Source of the DNA: Fenollaria sporofastidiosus
Lineage (GTDB): Bacteria; Bacillota; Clostridia; Tissierellales; Peptoniphilaceae
Assembly (NCBI RefSeq): GCF_943169635.2
Contig: NZ_OW968186.1
Span: forward strand, 942,075 to 974,074
DNA: 32,000 nucleotides
Direction of reading: 5' to 3'
The notes under the pieces were generated by a model, which saw only the letters and a list, made by a program, of their open reading frames with translations, was not told the origin of the DNA and did not search any database. Positions 29,672 to 32,000 of the stretch are shown here, in pieces. Positions within the stretch are counted from its first letter, which is position 1. Every line of letters begins with the position of its first letter. Both the position numbers and the translations under genes were made by a program.

Positions 29672-30469
29672 GTGTACTCTTGTACTGCAACTAACGAGAA
29701 AGAGTATACTGATTTGAATTTGAATATTAAAGAAGAAGACTTGTTCAGTGATGCTAAGATGTATAGAGAAGTAGCTCAAAGAATGAGCCTTGGTTTTGCT
29801 GCAATTTTTTATCCTATTGCAGGCACTCTTGAAGGTGAACTTGCCGGCATGATGCTTGACAAGGATGCTAATCTTAGAAGATTTGTTGAACTTAATGATT
29901 TAGATGAACTATACAAGTTAAAAGATTTTAATTTTAATTTGGAGCACTTTACTTGTATGCAAAAAGCTATGGCAAGTGAAGAGGCTCCTATTTGTTTTAA
30001 GCTTAATGGTCTTTTGTCCTTCTTATCACAAGTGATAGATATATCGAAGCTGCTATTAGCTTTTAGAAAGAAGCTTGATAAAGAAAAAATTTATGCATAC
30101 TATAGACGAAACGTTTTAGACTTACTAGCACATCTTGATGAAGAGAAGGTAAAGATCATATGCCTTGCTGACCCGCTACTTAGTGTTGAGACATTAGGAC
30201 CTAAGATTGTTAAAGAGCTAGTGAATGATTTCTACTTTCCACTTATTAATGACATATTGCAGTATACAAACTTTAAGATACATATATGTCCTAAGCTCGG
30301 CTTTGCATTGTCAGACCTAGGACTATTTAATGAAATCAAAGTAGAGACTGATAAGATGACTTATCAAGAAGCGCTGTTAAGTTCATCTTACAGACTCTTT
30401 AGCAATAGATGCTTTAAGATTTTAGCTAATGTTAGAACGATTACAGTATTAGGGGGGAATTATGAATAA
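29672..30469 (+). CDS. Diverged UroD-like protein of unknown function
   Basis: KIICLADPLLSVETLGPKIVKELVNDFYFPLINDILQYTNFKIHICPKLGFALSDLGLF resembles the UroD/MtaA core. GTG 29672 has AGGAG (29659-29663) 8 nt upstream; GTG 29648 and the track's TTG 29603 are alternative starts, the latter lying on the promoter -35. Confidence 0.7.
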   Translation: MYSCTATNEKEYTDLNLNIKEEDLFSDAKMYREVAQRMSLGFAAIFYPIAGTLEGELAGMMLDKDANLRRFVELNDLDELYKLKDFNFNLEHFTCMQKAMASEEAPICFKLNGLLSFLSQVIDISKLLLAFRKKLDKEKIYAYYRRNVLDLLAHLDEEKVKIICLADPLLSVETLGPKIVKELVNDFYFPLINDILQYTNFKIHICPKLGFALSDLGLFNEIKVETDKMTYQEALLSSSYRLFSNRCFKILANVRTITVLGGNYE

Positions 30470-31463
30470 AAAGGAAAGACTATTAAAGATACTTCACGGT
30501 GAAAAGGCTGATAGGCCAGCTGTCATCTGCCCAGGCGGCATGATGAATCCATGTGTAACTGAGCTTATAGAAAAGCACGGCATTGATTTTGCAAAAGCAA
30601 ACTCAGACGCAGAAGAGATGGCAAAGCTATCGAAGCTAGTTGTTGAAGAAAATCTGTTTGAGAACTACGCAGTACCATTCTGTATGAGTGTTGAGTCAGA
30701 GATGCTAGGATCAAAATGCGTTTACGGTAATAACTGCGAAGAAGCACACATAGTTGAGTATGCAATGGACAAGCTTGATCTAGATAAGCTTAAGCATGTC
30801 AAGGTTGATTTTAATAGAGAAGACGCCCTGATAGGAGCGATTAAAATTTTAAAGAATGATACCATACCAGTCATTGGTAATATAACAGGACCGTTCTCAG
30901 TTGCAACAAGTCTTGTTGATGCAAAGGAAATCTACGTTGGACTAAAGAAGAACAAAAAAGTTTTTGAAGAATTCATGACTTATATATCAGATAAGATTGC
31001 TGAGCTTGCGATTAAAGAGGTCGATGCAGGAGCCGACCTTATAGCTATCGCAGACCCAAGCGGCACAGCAGAGATACTTGGACCAAAGTACTTTAAAGAG
31101 TATCTAATACACTATGTCAACTACATCATAGACAAGATCAAAGCACATAAAGAGGTGCCTATTATAGTTCATATCTGTGGCAATATGAGGAGCGTTATCG
31201 ATATAGTTGATGAGATTCACGCAGAGGCATTCTCCTTTGATGCCATGGTTAATCTAAAGAATGCAAAAAAATATATACACAAGCCTGTCATGGGTAACGT
31301 GTCGACATATTTAATAGAAAATAACAGAGCTGATCAAGTTTACAAGGTCGCTCAAAATAGAGTCAAAGACGGTGTTGACATCATAGCTCCAGCCTGTGGG
31401 CTTGGCATGGGATCGCCTCTTGACAATGTAAAAGCTATATTAAAAGGAGTAGAAGATGCCTAA
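30462..31463 (+). CDS. UroD-fold corrinoid methyltransferase, MtaA/CmuA-like
   Basis: MNKKERLLKILHGEKADRPAVICPGGMMNPCV...; IADPSGTAEILGPKYFKEYLIHYVNYIIDKIKAHKEVPIIVHICGNM; C-terminal DIIAPACGLGMGSP. AGGGGGG RBS overlaps the end of the upstream gene. Confidence 0.88.
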   Translation: MNKKERLLKILHGEKADRPAVICPGGMMNPCVTELIEKHGIDFAKANSDAEEMAKLSKLVVEENLFENYAVPFCMSVESEMLGSKCVYGNNCEEAHIVEYAMDKLDLDKLKHVKVDFNREDALIGAIKILKNDTIPVIGNITGPFSVATSLVDAKEIYVGLKKNKKVFEEFMTYISDKIAELAIKEVDAGADLIAIADPSGTAEILGPKYFKEYLIHYVNYIIDKIKAHKEVPIIVHICGNMRSVIDIVDEIHAEAFSFDAMVNLKNAKKYIHKPVMGNVSTYLIENNRADQVYKVAQNRVKDGVDIIAPACGLGMGSPLDNVKAILKGVEDA

Positions 31464-32000
31464 AATTCACATACTTAGTGATGACAATATAATCGAAGCA
31501 AAAGAGGAAAGCGTTCTTTTAGATGTACTAAGAGAGAACGGTTACTTTATAGAAGCACCGTGCAATGGTATGGGTACTTGCAAGAAATGCAAAGTTAGGA
31601 TTATAGATGGCACACATGAAGATGTAGTTCTTTCGTGCCAGTACAAGCTTAAGAGTGACATAAGCCTTGATTTCTTTGATGAGGCTAAGGCAGAGAACCT
31701 ACTTACTTCAGATATAGATACTTTTGATGCAACTGAGTCGGTTCTTACTATGAAGACTCACAGCTTTGAAGACAGTAGAGACGCCGATACTTCATGGGAA
31801 GATGAGTATGAGAAGGTCTTCGGTCACATCTCATACAATGTATTAAAGAATACAAACTTTACTAAGGGTGTAAAGCATGCGATATATCTAAACGATGATG
31901 TGATAGCAATCCGCGATGAAGGTAATGACAAGATATATGCAGCTGCTGTTGATATAGGCACAACAAGTGTTGCAATATCAGTTCTTGATATAAGTAGTGC
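31456..32000 (+). CDS. RamA-like ATP-dependent reductive activator of corrinoid proteins, N-terminus (truncated by window end)
   Basis: MPKIHILSDDNIIEAKEESVLLDVLRENGYFIEAPCNGMGTCKKCKVRIIDGTHEDVVLSCQYKL (2Fe-2S pattern C-x5-C-x2-C...C), then AAAVDIGTTSVAISVLDIS, the start of the ASKHA-type C-terminal domain. Confidence 0.88.
   Translation, partial: MPKIHILSDDNIIEAKEESVLLDVLRENGYFIEAPCNGMGTCKKCKVRIIDGTHEDVVLSCQYKLKSDISLDFFDEAKAENLLTSDIDTFDATESVLTMKTHSFEDSRDADTSWEDEYEKVFGHISYNVLKNTNFTKGVKHAIYLNDDVIAIRDEGNDKIYAAAVDIGTTSVAISVLDISS

Noticed and set aside
1-32000. CRISPR array, transposase, prophage or defence island
   Set aside because: No repeat-spacer pattern, transposase/integrase signatures, phage structural genes or terminal repeats were seen in reading the window.
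1-32000. UGA globally reassigned as a sense codon
   Set aside because: The other genes use TGG for Trp without internal TGA, and TGA appears to terminate at least two ORFs (10180-10182 and 20052-20054).

Overview
This 32 kb window is a gene-dense, low-GC Firmicutes-like (Clostridia-like) chromosomal segment. I found no recognisable mobile element, CRISPR array, rRNA or tRNA. It starts in the 3' end of pyrE. It continues through a housekeeping block: DUF2232/YybS-like protein, gdpP, rplI, dnaB, a GNAT acetyltransferase, a DnaD-like protein, a DnaC/DnaI-like ATPase and serS. After that come a flavin-reductase-like protein, a chromate-transporter gene pair, pta and folA. The rest is a mix of lipoproteins, transporters (MFS, MATE, YitT), an M20 peptidase, DUF2254, DUF438, YbaK, DUF3160, PPC-domain, rubrerythrin and CapA-like genes. 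The right end (28.4-32 kb) encodes corrinoid/methyl-transfer functions: two MtaA/CmuA-like UroD-fold methyltransferases, one strongly diverged UroD-like protein, and the N-terminus of a RamA-like reductive activator of corrinoid proteins. The two most notable observations are (1) an MFS transporter ORF interrupted by one in-frame TGA (13584-13586), with clear coding continuity on both sides, a TGA-CAA-CTA context and a small hairpin over the codon; and (2) the diverged UroD-like gene coupled to an MtaA-like gene and a corrinoid activator behind a good promoter. I cannot demonstrate a wholly new system from the sequence alone.
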